A stretch of 64,000 nucleotides of DNA from the NCBI GenBank assembly GCA_048885525.1, contig JBHLLP010000006.1, positions 32,001-96,000 of the forward strand, in the 5' to 3' direction. The translations under genes were made by a program, and so were the position numbers. The stretch comes from Candidatus Hermodarchaeota archaeon (GTDB lineage Archaea; Asgardarchaeota; Lokiarchaeia; Sigyniarchaeales; SOKP01). Shown piece after piece: positions 1 to 9,309 of this stretch. The notes under the pieces were generated by a model that worked only from the letters and a program-made list of their open reading frames with translations, made no database searches and was not told the DNA's origin. The first letter of the stretch is position 1. Each line of letters starts with the position of its first letter.

Positions 1-480
1 CTTTTGACCTACAGAAATGCTATGAGTACTTAATCCTATAAAATTCACTTTTCCTTCTTGTTGTAATTTCTTTGATAATGTTAATAATCCCCCTTGAGTG
101 AATATCGAATCGTATTCTTTTTCTTTAACAAATTGTAAATTTGCAATGTCAATATATCCCTTTCCAAATTTTTTAATGGTATTTAAAAAAGTCCGTTCAC
201 ATTCGTTAATATTGCGAGATCTACGAATTTTACCCTCTTGTTCTATTGATCCTAAATGACAGGTAAGTATTATTTCATCTCTATAATTCTCAATCGCAGC
301 ACTAATATTTTCGATGAAATTAGATACATTGAAAACAATATCGAAATAATTAATTCCATTTTTAATAGCTTCATAAATTATTGATTTGACAACATCTTTA
401 GGCTGTCTAAATAGATATTCAGTTCCTAACCCGATTTCACTAACTTTTAAATTTGTTCTTCCCAATTTTCGGAATTTCAT
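1..480 (-). CDS. Aldo/keto reductase, 5' part (truncated by window edge; not in ORF track)
   Basis: Manual translation from ATG at 480: MKFRKLGRTNLKVSEIGLGTEYLF...AIKNGINYFD...GKVNFIGLSTH, typical AKR N-terminus; frame open to position 1. Confidence 0.9.
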   Translation of the reverse strand, partial: MKFRKLGRTNLKVSEIGLGTEYLFRQPKDVVKSIIYEAIKNGINYFDIVFNVSNFIENISAAIENYRDEIILTCHLGSIEQEGKIRRSRNINECERTFLNTIKKFGKGYIDIANLQFVKEKEYDSIFTQGGLLTLSKKLQQEGKVNFIGLSTHSISVGQK

Positions 481-508
481 AAAAAAATAAGAAAAAATTA
501 TTTAATTG

Positions 509-811
509 TTAAGTAATAATCCCAATGGCTGCCGCGAGAAGTACAATTATTCCCCCAATCCAACTCCCAAATACCAATATTAAAATCCCCATGACTAATA
601 TGATAGAAGGGGTATAATGTATTGGCTTTACTCCTAATAGAAAAACTAGAATTGCTAGCACTACCGCAATAATCTCAGTGATTATACCAAAACTCCAAAC
701 TTCCAAAAAATCAAAAAAATGAAGTACCGTTTCTATTAGAGCAACGATTCCTCCAATCATTGCTACACCACACATAGCCTTATCTGATGCTTGCAACTCG
801 CTCCATGGCAC
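509..811 (-). CDS. Small membrane protein (3-4 TM), unknown function
   Basis: Hydrophobic 100-aa ORF; GTG start preceded by SD-like AGGTGA. Confidence 0.75.
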   Translation of the reverse strand: MPWSELQASDKAMCGVAMIGGIVALIETVLHFFDFLEVWSFGIITEIIAVVLAILVFLLGVKPIHYTPSIILVMGILILVFGSWIGGIIVLLAAAIGIIT

Positions 812-943
812 TTTTTACTCACCTTTATTTTTTTATATATTTTTTATCAGAAAATAGATTAGACCACTTTATAAATTTTAACAAAATAAATAAAATTACC
901 TTAATAAATGGGAATGGGATTTTTTATTTTTTCTGAAAGTAAA

Positions 944-1120
944 TTAAGAATATTTCTCAATTATATAGTTTTGTAAAGAACATATATACTTTTCAAGATA
1001 TAACAGTAAATTTCTCTGTTCTAATTCACGAAGGTATGTGACATCTAAGTGATTAAATAACTCTTTCAATCTATCAGTTACATCGAATAATTTAACAATA
1101 GTATTCCAATCATTTGCCAT
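944..1120 (-). CDS. Small 58-aa helical hypothetical protein (below ORF-track cutoff)
   Basis: ATG...TAA ORF: MANDWNTIVKLFDVTDRLKELFNHLDVTYLRELEQRNLLLYLEKYICSLQNYIIEKYS; amphipathic pattern, followed by an A-rich/T-rich tract. Confidence 0.65.
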   Translation of the reverse strand: MANDWNTIVKLFDVTDRLKELFNHLDVTYLRELEQRNLLLYLEKYICSLQNYIIEKYS

Positions 1121-1571
1121 TCATAATCTTGAATATATTCTATTTGTATAATTTTTACCAACCACTTTGTTCGCTTTTAATAATTTTTGAGTAAATCACA
1201 ATAATGCTTAATAAAAAATGTGTAGATACTAAAAGAAAAGTAATTTATAGAAGCTAGGAATTGTTAAAATTCTTAATCTGAAGTTCGGATAATTAAAATA
1301 GTTAGAATTATAATAACAACGAGCCATTTTAATATTTCTAAAAATGGGATATTAAAAAGAAACATAAAAGAAATTTAGTACATAACAATAAAAACTAATA
1401 TGATTAATAAGATACAATCTATTTTAGAAACGTAAGGCTTTTTTTTTTCTGGTTCTTCCTTACTGGTCAAATTAAACACTTAATATTGAATTTCCTTCAA
1501 TTCAAATTAATATTTTTTTTTAAATTTTTCCTCATTAAATAATTTATATAATTATACCAAAGTTTCAACAA

Positions 1572-1645
1572 TGGGAGAGGGGGGATTTGAACCCCCGACC
1601 ACTCGGCCCCCAGCCGAGTATCATACCAATCTAGACTACCCTCCC
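1572..1645 (-). tRNA. tRNA-Pro(GGG), intronless, CCA not encoded
   Basis: Minus strand GGGAGGG...CTCTCCC acceptor stem, anticodon arm CTCGG-CTGGGGG-CCGAG, T arm GGGGG-TTCAAAT-CCCCC. Confidence 0.97.
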
Positions 1646-1899
1646 AGTTTAAAGATCATTCTTCTTGATATGTAGAGAATAGTGAAAACTTGTAATTAAA
1701 TTTTATTTGTAATTACGCTTTAATGAAAATCATTGATTAAATTAAGAAAAAATAGAAAATAATAAATTTATTTAATATTTAGCTAATTTTTTCTTTTTCT
1801 AAAATCATTATAAATAATTTAAACCAATAATTTTTAAATTGCTTAAAGAGTTTTTATTCATATCATTTCTATTTGAAAATTTATTTATTTAGTAAATTC

Positions 1900-2196
1900 A
1901 TGAGGTCAAGGAAACCTTTTTTAATATTTTGGCCGCAATATTTTGAAGCAAAGAGAAGTAGGAGTAATGGGAGACGGCTTCCCAGAAAATTCGCTTTAGA
2001 AAAAGTGAGTTTAGAGGAGATCGCCAGCGCTGCTAGAAATTTAGGTTATAATGCTGAGATTGAGAGGAATTACAGATATTCTAGAACATGGTGGGACGAT
2101 CCTGGAAGAGTTATCATTGATACTAAAGGAAAAACGAAACCAAAAGTCCTAATTGAAGTTGCTAAAGAAATTAAAAAATCACCTCCAAAAATTTAA
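1900..2196 (+). CDS. srp19: Signal recognition particle 19 kDa protein
   Basis: IFWPQYFEAKRSRSNGRRLP...YSRTWWDDPGRV...TKPKVL motifs; ATG at 1900 preferred over track TTG at 1873. Confidence 0.93.
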   Translation: MRSRKPFLIFWPQYFEAKRSRSNGRRLPRKFALEKVSLEEIASAARNLGYNAEIERNYRYSRTWWDDPGRVIIDTKGKTKPKVLIEVAKEIKKSPPKI

Positions 2197-2206
2197 TTTT
2201 CCAATT

Positions 2207-2578
2207 ATGCATGAATTTGCTTTTGCCTATAATATTTTTAAAGTAGCTGAGGCTACAGCATTAAAATATAAAGCGAAAAAAATAACAGAAGTATTACTAG
2301 AAATTGGAGAGTTGACACTTATAGTTCCTGAGTTACTTCAACGGTCTTTTGAAATGGCCACTAAAGGATCAATTGCCGAAGGCGCTAAATTAGTAATTAC
2401 TATGACTCCTGGTAAAATTAAATGCCGAGAATGTAGTAAAACCTCAGAAGTTTCTTTAACTCGGGAAGCACAGTTGACAGGACTTCAATTATTCAAATGT
2501 TCAAACTGCGGAAGTAATAATACTGAGATTGTTGATGGTAAAAAAGCGAATGTAAAAAATATCAAAATTCAAGAATAA
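2207..2578 (+). CDS. hypA: Hydrogenase maturation nickel metallochaperone HypA
   Basis: Begins MHE (ATG 2207; track start 2153 too early), IGELT, two CxxC pairs (CREC, CSNC). Confidence 0.93.
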   Translation: MHEFAFAYNIFKVAEATALKYKAKKITEVLLEIGELTLIVPELLQRSFEMATKGSIAEGAKLVITMTPGKIKCRECSKTSEVSLTREAQLTGLQLFKCSNCGSNNTEIVDGKKANVKNIKIQE

Positions 2579-2590
2579 GTACTAATTCTA

Positions 2591-2971
2591 TTAAGAAATA
2601 AGGACACCATTCAATACACCATGTTGCCCTGGTCTTGAACTAACTCTCACATTACCTAATTCTGTTTCAACAATTGCTCCTTTTGTTAAGATGTGCCTTC
2701 GATTCAAATCTTTTGATGCAAGATTCTCTTCAAAACGTAATATTTTAACTTTTTGAGTTTTATTTGTACTAGGATCAGTGACGTTAATGAATTTGGTTGA
2801 AAATAATTTAAGTTTAAAATTGCCTCCCATAACTCGCTGCTTTTTCTTTTTCTCCTCACCGATTTCTGTATCGATTCTAGGACGTTCAAGTTCTCTTTTT
2901 CTTTTCTTTCTAAAATATCTGTATTTTTTCCCAGTATATCTTCGCTTACTTCGAGCTTGACTTCTTGCCAT
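2591..2971 (-). CDS. rps8e: 30S ribosomal protein S8e
   Basis: RSKRRYTG, RVMGGNFK, LTKGAIVET, VSSRPGQHGVLNGVL. Confidence 0.97.
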   Translation of the reverse strand: MARSQARSKRRYTGKKYRYFRKKRKRELERPRIDTEIGEEKKKKQRVMGGNFKLKLFSTKFINVTDPSTNKTQKVKILRFEENLASKDLNRRHILTKGAIVETELGNVRVSSRPGQHGVLNGVLIS

Positions 2972-3151
2972 AAAAGATTTACCAAATTATATCTAAATTA
3001 TTAGATAAGATAAGAAAGTATATCTTTAAAATTTTTTTAAAAATCCTTTTAATTATGATTTATTAAAGCAAAATAAATATAGACAAAATTTTTATTTAAT
3101 ATATAACATTAACATAGCTATAAATTATAATTGTTTCTTCTTTAAAGCAAA

Positions 3152-3793
3152 ATGATGGAAAATAATCATAACCTTAAACAATTAGATAACCAACAAATTG
3201 AAAAAATGCATCAAACAGGAACAACCACAGTCGGGATTATAATTAAAGATGGAGTAGTAATTGCCACTGATTCACAAGCAACTGCTGGAACTTTTGTAGT
3301 ATCTAAACAAGCACAAAAATTATTTGAAATAAATAAATATACAGCTGCAACCATCGCTGGGGGAGTTGCAGATTGTCAGTACGTTGTTAACCAACTAAAA
3401 GCTTTATCTCGGTTAAAAGAAGTTGAAGAAGAGAGAGTACCTGAACCTAAATATATTGCTAGTATAACGAGAAATATACTCTTCTCGGGGAGAACCTACT
3501 TTTTAAGCATGATGATTGTAGGGGGTTATTCACTAAAAGAACAATGCGGTAAACTTTATGGAATTGATTTATTAGGTACCCTCTATGAAGAAAATGAGTA
3601 TATCTCATTTGGAAGTGGTAGTCCCTTCAGTCTTGGTGTGTTGGAAGCAGATTGGAAACCTAACATGACTAAAGCTAAGGGTATTGATCTTATAAAAACA
3701 GCGATTTCAAGTTCACGAGAAAGGGATGCTGCTTCTGGATATGACCTACAAATATGTACTATAAGAAAAGATGGTTTCAAACAAGTTGAATAA
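3152..3793 (+). CDS. psmB: 20S proteasome beta subunit
   Basis: Propeptide then TG|TTTVG catalytic Thr, AGGVAD, GSGS, RERDAASG. Confidence 0.95.
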   Translation: MMENNHNLKQLDNQQIEKMHQTGTTTVGIIIKDGVVIATDSQATAGTFVVSKQAQKLFEINKYTAATIAGGVADCQYVVNQLKALSRLKEVEEERVPEPKYIASITRNILFSGRTYFLSMMIVGGYSLKEQCGKLYGIDLLGTLYEENEYISFGSGSPFSLGVLEADWKPNMTKAKGIDLIKTAISSSRERDAASGYDLQICTIRKDGFKQVE

Positions 3794-3802
3794 CTTATTA
3801 AT

Positions 3803-4294
3803 TTAAATATTATTTTCTGTAATCTCAATTGAAATTTGTTTAAGCTCATTAAAAATAATTATAAATCCATTTAGTTCCTGGCTTTTTGCATCAATTATGG
3901 TCCAAATTAAATGTTTAAACTTATTAATTCCACTTATATAATAATATTTCATGTACGGAATATCAATGCCACTAGGATATGCACTACTGGGGTGAGAATG
4001 GAAAATACTGAGTAGTTGCAAGTTTTTGGAATGTTTTCTAGAGATTTCAATTAATTTTTCATAATCATCCATTAAAAAAGCGACAGGACTCTTGAGTGAA
4101 GATTCAATGCATTCAAACTTATAACTATGATAATAATAAGAATATTCATTTTTATTTGGAAGTTTTTGATGTTCTTGAATTTTCCCAAAAATTAACCCAC
4201 AAGCTTCATTAGGGAGAGCTTTCTCAACACATGTATAAATTTCTGTTAGAAGTTCTTTATTTATAAATAAAATTATATCTTTCTCATATTTCAT
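3803..4294 (-). CDS. JAMM/MPN+ metalloprotease (Mov34 family)
   Basis: PNEACGL plus FHSHPSSAYPSGID = E...HxH-x7-S-x2-D. Confidence 0.9.
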   Translation of the reverse strand: MKYEKDIILFINKELLTEIYTCVEKALPNEACGLIFGKIQEHQKLPNKNEYSYYYHSYKFECIESSLKSPVAFLMDDYEKLIEISRKHSKNLQLLSIFHSHPSSAYPSGIDIPYMKYYYISGINKFKHLIWTIIDAKSQELNGFIIIFNELKQISIEITENNI

Positions 4295-4318
4295 TTGAGA
4301 GATATCTAACCCCCATTA

Positions 4319-4993
4319 TTATAGTATTGTTAAAGCAGCATTTAAAGCAGCTAACCTTGCCTTTTCTGGCTTTTCCCCTAACCCTATGATGATAACATCA
4401 TTTTCTCTTAATTCAGAATTTTTAGCATTAATATGTGTGCGAAAATAGTCAAAAATATTATCATCAACTCTCATCTGTTCTTTTCCGTTCTCAGAAAAAA
4501 TATGAGACGGAAAAATTAATTCATTTCCATTATAAAGTAAACATGTCGCCCCAGCACCTCCGATTTTAATAGCAGCATCTCTTTGTTCAATACCGTTTGA
4601 GATTTTACTAGCAGCATTCTTAACTAAGCAAAAATAGGAACTAATTCCTTCTGATTTAATAATAATATCTTTTAATATAGCTAGATTCCCGAATTCTATC
4701 AATGGGATTTTTTGTTTAAGTTTCTTTAAAAATTCAAAACCATTTTTAGTGAGAATATGACCTTTTCTAACATTTTCATCAGTTAAAACTTGTATAAATT
4801 TTATAGCTTCATTTAATTTTTTAATAAGAGACCTTGCTGTACCAGAACCAATTAATAACTCTTTTTGTAAACGATATCTGCCAATTCCTTCTTTATTTTC
4901 CTCAAATATAAATAAGGCTAAAATAACATGAACAATTTCAAATGATGGCTTAATTGTAGGACTCTGAAATAAAGAGTCTAATTCTTCAAACAT
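4319..4993 (-). CDS. DUF4443/DUF2111-type winged-helix protein
   Basis: IGRYRLQKELLIGSGTARSL HTH and GIEQRDAAIKIGGAGAT motif. Confidence 0.75.
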   Translation of the reverse strand: MFEELDSLFQSPTIKPSFEIVHVILALFIFEENKEGIGRYRLQKELLIGSGTARSLIKKLNEAIKFIQVLTDENVRKGHILTKNGFEFLKKLKQKIPLIEFGNLAILKDIIIKSEGISSYFCLVKNAASKISNGIEQRDAAIKIGGAGATCLLYNGNELIFPSHIFSENGKEQMRVDDNIFDYFRTHINAKNSELRENDVIIIGLGEKPEKARLAALNAALTIL

Positions 4994-5124
4994 ATTACAT
5001 TCAAGTATAATATATTATTAATATAAGCTAAAAAAAAATATAAATCAGAATGTAATTTTATTAACTATCTAATTCCCGAAAATTCAAAACTGATATCCAC
5101 AAATAGAATTTTTTGTAAAATAAA

Positions 5125-6114
5125 ATGGCTAAAAAGGAGAATGAAAAAAGCTCTTATCACCCTCATGATTTAGTTTACTTTAAAACTGAAGAGGATAATG
5201 AAAGTAAGGCGATTAAAAGCTATTCATTTGAAAAGATTGACCAAGAAGATAAAATCAAACTTGTCAACAATTTTCAACCATTTGGAAGTCATTTTCAATT
5301 TTCAATACTTTTAGATAACCAAAGTTTTGCCCCTATAACAGATTTAAAAATTAAAATAAACATACCTAATTTCTTAACACTTTCAAGAGTGTATCCTCCT
5401 ACGATAGCTCTACCTCGTTTAATTTCTAACAAAGATTCTAATCATTTAACTCTAGAATTCGATGAGTTAAATGAGAAAAGTAATAAACAAATCCATCTAC
5501 ATTTTAATCCTAATGCTTTAGATAGGAAAGGAGAAATAAGAACAATTGTTTCTTATGTCAATAATAAGGATACTATACGAGTTCTTGATAGTAGACCTGC
5601 AGAAATAACCGTTGACAATATAAGCATTGAACCTAAGGTTGTTCCATCTAGTTTTATTAGAGATTTTTCTCAAACACCAGGGATTAAAAAAGCAATTAAA
5701 AGTATGGGTATTGCTATTGACCATGAAATTGATCCAGATATACATTTTGATATTTTAGAAAAAATCTTTTTGTTTAATAATTTTCAATTAGTCACTAAGG
5801 ATATAGAGAAAAAGATTTTATGGTATTTTGGAACTGAATCCTTATTAAAAGAAGATATCCTTGCTATTGGGCAAATTGTATCAAATAAAGTTGAAATTAT
5901 CGCCACATCTTTAAATCATTACCTTCTTGTTTCTTTTTTGACCTTAATCTCAAACGATTTTAAAGAGGGTTTATTATTAAATGGTATAATAAAATCAAAA
6001 GAACAAATTTTTGATTTAGAATGTAAATTTTGTGGAGCAACACTTCCATATTTACCAAATCAAGGTATTTCAATTGAATGTAAAAACTGTAATAATGAAC
6101 AAATCGTCTGGTAA
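5125..6114 (+). CDS. Hypothetical protein: Ig-like beta-sandwich, alpha/beta domain, C-terminal Zn ribbon
   Basis: 329-aa ORF, alternating beta pattern in N-half, C-terminal CKFC...CKNC. Confidence 0.7.
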   Translation: MAKKENEKSSYHPHDLVYFKTEEDNESKAIKSYSFEKIDQEDKIKLVNNFQPFGSHFQFSILLDNQSFAPITDLKIKINIPNFLTLSRVYPPTIALPRLISNKDSNHLTLEFDELNEKSNKQIHLHFNPNALDRKGEIRTIVSYVNNKDTIRVLDSRPAEITVDNISIEPKVVPSSFIRDFSQTPGIKKAIKSMGIAIDHEIDPDIHFDILEKIFLFNNFQLVTKDIEKKILWYFGTESLLKEDILAIGQIVSNKVEIIATSLNHYLLVSFLTLISNDFKEGLLLNGIIKSKEQIFDLECKFCGATLPYLPNQGISIECKNCNNEQIVW

Positions 6115-6157
6115 GATTATTAATATTAATATCCAAATTTATTTGCTATGAGAAAAA

Positions 6158-6601
6158 ATGGATTATAAAGATATATTAAAAATACTTGCTCCATGTGGGC
6201 TTAATTGTTATAAGTGTTTTGCTAACTCTAATGGTCCAATAAGAAAGACTAGCTTAAAGCTGCTAGAATCCTTAGGTTCATTCGATATATATGCTGAAAG
6301 ATTTTCATCGTTTCTTCCCATATTCAAGGAATATCCATCTTTTAAAGCATTACTACAATATTTATCTGAAAAGAATTGTCAAGGATGTCGAGAGGGATCT
6401 TGTTTATACCCTGACTGTGGGGTAAGAGATTGCTATAAAGCTAAAAATGTCGATTTTTGTTACCAATGTAATGAGTTTCCTTGCCAAAAAACTAATTTCG
6501 ATCCTCATCTTGAGCAACGATGGAAACAAATAAATAATCGAATGAAAGAAATTGGAATTGAAGCATATTACCAAGAGACTAAGGATTTACCGAGATATTG
6601 A
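6158..6601 (+). CDS. DUF3795-type Cys-rich protein
   Basis: APCGLNCYKC...CQGCR...CGVRDC...FCYQCNEFPC. Confidence 0.8.
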   Translation: MDYKDILKILAPCGLNCYKCFANSNGPIRKTSLKLLESLGSFDIYAERFSSFLPIFKEYPSFKALLQYLSEKNCQGCREGSCLYPDCGVRDCYKAKNVDFCYQCNEFPCQKTNFDPHLEQRWKQINNRMKEIGIEAYYQETKDLPRY

Positions 6602-7106
6602 TTAGATAAGATTAACTGTTTTTTCATGAAAATTAATATCTAATTAATTTATTTATTCTAAACTTTATTTTATTTACTATAAAACGGGTTATAGTTTATT
6701 TAATCAATAAAAATTATTTTATTGCTACAATATTTAATAATAAAATTATATTTTTTATGTTATATAATATAAAAAAAATTATAATGCTACGTTTCAGAAT
6801 TTAATTCTTTTTTCTTTATTTTTTTCATATTTACCTTTTTTTAATAACTGAAAGATTATTGATAAGATAATACTACTTATACTTTCAATTTCATGCAAAA
6901 ATAATATTTCTATAAAAAAATCCTAACTTTCACGAGATTGATCATCTCAATAATTCTGAATTTTGTCGTTCAATTTTTTTCATTTTATTCTCCATAAAAC
7001 TAAGTATGAATGAAAATCTTTAAATATCTAAAAGATGTATATCTATATAACAAACTCTTAAAAAATAACAAATTTCTATAAAAATTATCAAAAATTATAA
7101 TATAGT

Positions 7107-7111
7107 GGAGG
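7107..7111 (+). promoter_or_regulatory. Shine-Dalgarno-like site of histone gene
   Basis: GGAGG 8 nt upstream of ATG 7120. Confidence 0.6.
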
Positions 7112-7119
7112 AATAAAAA

Positions 7120-7329
7120 ATGTCCGAATATATTAGTTGGAGTCCTATTCGAAGATTAATGAAACACAATGGTGCAATTATTGTTGCTCGTGACGCAGTC
7201 GATGAATTAGTTGATTGGATGGGTCAATCAGCTGAAAAAATTACAAAAACTGCTTTAACTTTAACCAAGCATGCCAAGAGAAAGAAAGTAACTCGGGACG
7301 ACATTCTTTTAGCTATTAAATACTTCTAA
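7120..7329 (+). CDS. Archaeal histone (HMf-type fold, tail-less)
   Basis: PIRRLMK..GA..VARDA...HAKRKKVTRDDILLA; 69 aa; T-rich terminator-like tract downstream. Confidence 0.93.
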   Translation: MSEYISWSPIRRLMKHNGAIIVARDAVDELVDWMGQSAEKITKTALTLTKHAKRKKVTRDDILLAIKYF

Positions 7330-7489
7330 ATAGGTAGATTTTTTAAAAAATCTCAATATATCTTTTTTTTTAATTCTATTCTGTTCCTCTAAATTTCTTC
7401 TATTTCCAACCCATTAATAAATAATACCTAAGGAAGTTTTAAATAATTATAAATTCAATATAATTTACAAATTTAATTTGTGATAAAAA

Positions 7490-8218
7490 TTGGATATAGA
7501 AGAGAAAATTGATCAATATTTAAAACTTAAACGAGGATTTAAACCACCAATTAATCCTCGTGAATCTGCTCTCATAATAATTGATATGCAAAATTATCAA
7601 GTGAGGGAAACATCTGCCGTCGTAGAATCCTTTGAAAAATCAATCCCGGGTTTAATTCAATATTTCATAAAGCGTGTCAATGAAATGGTGACTCCAAATA
7701 TAATAAGATTGTTAGAGTTCTTTAGAGAAAACAAAATCCCAATATATTATACCAAATTTGCTTCTCGTAGAAAGGATCGTAAAGATTATCATAATAATAT
7801 ACATGCATATAATCAAATCTTCGAAAATATGTTTGGAAAATATATTTTTCCATCTATTCAAGAACCCATTGCAGATATTGTCCCTGAATTAAAACCAGAA
7901 GAAGATGATATCATTATTCTTAAAACCACCAATGGAACATTTAGTTCAACCGATTTAGAGCATCAATTAAGAAATTTAGGAATTAAGACAGTAATAATTG
8001 TTGGAGTTGTTACACATATATGTGTTGAGAATACAGCAAGAAGCGCATTTGATTTAGGATTTAATGTTTATGTCGTTGATGATGCCTGTGCGGGATGGTC
8101 TCCAAATTTACACAATGCCGCATTGAGAGGGATGGAGTTATTCTTTACGAATATTATTAATACTGATGAGCTTCTCAAGACTTTAAACAAACAGTTGAAA
8201 AAGCTTAAAAAAAGCTAA
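7490..8218 (+). CDS. Isochorismatase-family cysteine hydrolase
   Basis: ALIIIDMQN, catalytic K in ILKTT, GVVTHICVENTAR, DDACA. Confidence 0.92.
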   Translation: MDIEEKIDQYLKLKRGFKPPINPRESALIIIDMQNYQVRETSAVVESFEKSIPGLIQYFIKRVNEMVTPNIIRLLEFFRENKIPIYYTKFASRRKDRKDYHNNIHAYNQIFENMFGKYIFPSIQEPIADIVPELKPEEDDIIILKTTNGTFSSTDLEHQLRNLGIKTVIIVGVVTHICVENTARSAFDLGFNVYVVDDACAGWSPNLHNAALRGMELFFTNIINTDELLKTLNKQLKKLKKS

Positions 8219-8688
8219 TTTTCTTTATTCTTGAATTTTATTTTTTTATAAAATATCTTTCTAATAACTATAATCATATAACCAGCTGGAATTGAAATAC
8301 CCAATCCCCAAAATGGAGTTTTAAATATTAATATGATACTTCCAATTGGATAGAGAAACCGAATCAGGAATTTTATTTTTCGATTTCTAAATGCTTTTTT
8401 TCTCATAATTTGAATTGAATATTGTAAAATTGAAGGAATCCAGCAAACTAAAAAAATTGTGAGAATTATTGGTAAATTAATAAAATTTATAATATAAAAA
8501 TAAAATATATTGCAAAATACTAATGCTAGAACAGCACCTAAACCAAAAGAAAAGCATCCTATACAGATCGCAAGGTTAAATATATAAAGAACATGATCAT
8601 TGAAATCTGGGCGATTTGGGTTATGGTGTGCTAACCAATTGATTATTATTCTTTTATCCTCTTGAATATCTTCTTTTTCGTTATGCAT
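8215..8688 (-). CDS. Membrane protein, DUF2085-like
   Basis: HH-x-P...CIGC followed by about 4 TM segments. Confidence 0.55.
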   Translation of the reverse strand: MHNEKEDIQEDKRIIINWLAHHNPNRPDFNDHVLYIFNLAICIGCFSFGLGAVLALVFCNIFYFYIINFINLPIILTIFLVCWIPSILQYSIQIMRKKAFRNRKIKFLIRFLYPIGSIILIFKTPFWGLGISIPAGYMIIVIRKIFYKKIKFKNKEN

Positions 8689-8778
8689 GTTTCTATTTAA
8701 TCTGAGTTATGATTAATATAATGATAATTTAGTAGCAAAAAAGAGATTGGTTTTTTTTAAACGGTGGGAAAAATATAA

Positions 8779-9195
8779 TTACGAGCAATCACAATCACCA
8801 CAATCGCAACCACTACAATCACAACCTCCTCCCCCATATGATCTTCCTCGCCGTCTCCCAGTTCCGCATGCAGTAGATGCTATACAACAAATTACAACAG
8901 CACCTATAACAAGTAAGGTTATTCCTGTGCTAGGTGATCCATATAGTGTTTGAGTTCCAAAATAAATTAAGATAATTCCGACAACTACAACAAGAAGAAC
9001 AGCTATAGCAACTCCACCCGTGTTTTTTATTGGTTTTGAAGGGATATAAGGGGTTTCTGGATATGGTGCTTGTGGTGTTGGTGTTGATTCTGTTTGGCTA
9101 AAATAAGGGCTAGTGGTATTACCAGTTGGTTTGGCGCAAAAAGGACAAAATTTTGCTTCATCGGGTATTTCTGTGCCACAATTAGTACAATACAT
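8779..9195 (-). CDS. Zinc-ribbon, two-TM protein with Cys-rich CDC tail
   Basis: MYCTNCG...FCPFC, Pro-rich linker, 2 TM, GGGGCDCSGCDCGDCDCS. Confidence 0.85.
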   Translation of the reverse strand: MYCTNCGTEIPDEAKFCPFCAKPTGNTTSPYFSQTESTPTPQAPYPETPYIPSKPIKNTGGVAIAVLLVVVVGIILIYFGTQTLYGSPSTGITLLVIGAVVICCIASTACGTGRRRGRSYGGGGCDCSGCDCGDCDCS

Positions 9196-9309
9196 TTTAT
9201 TTTCTCATTATTTTATCAAATTTGATATAAAATAAAAGAAGATACACAATAAATTAAATATAAATGAATTAATGTTATGCTAATTGAATTTCTATAAATA
9301 AGTAATAGT

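Noticed and set aside
8215-8235. KxKxx di-lysine-like C-terminal motif on a membrane protein
   Set aside because: Lys-rich C-termini are pervasive in this AT-rich genome
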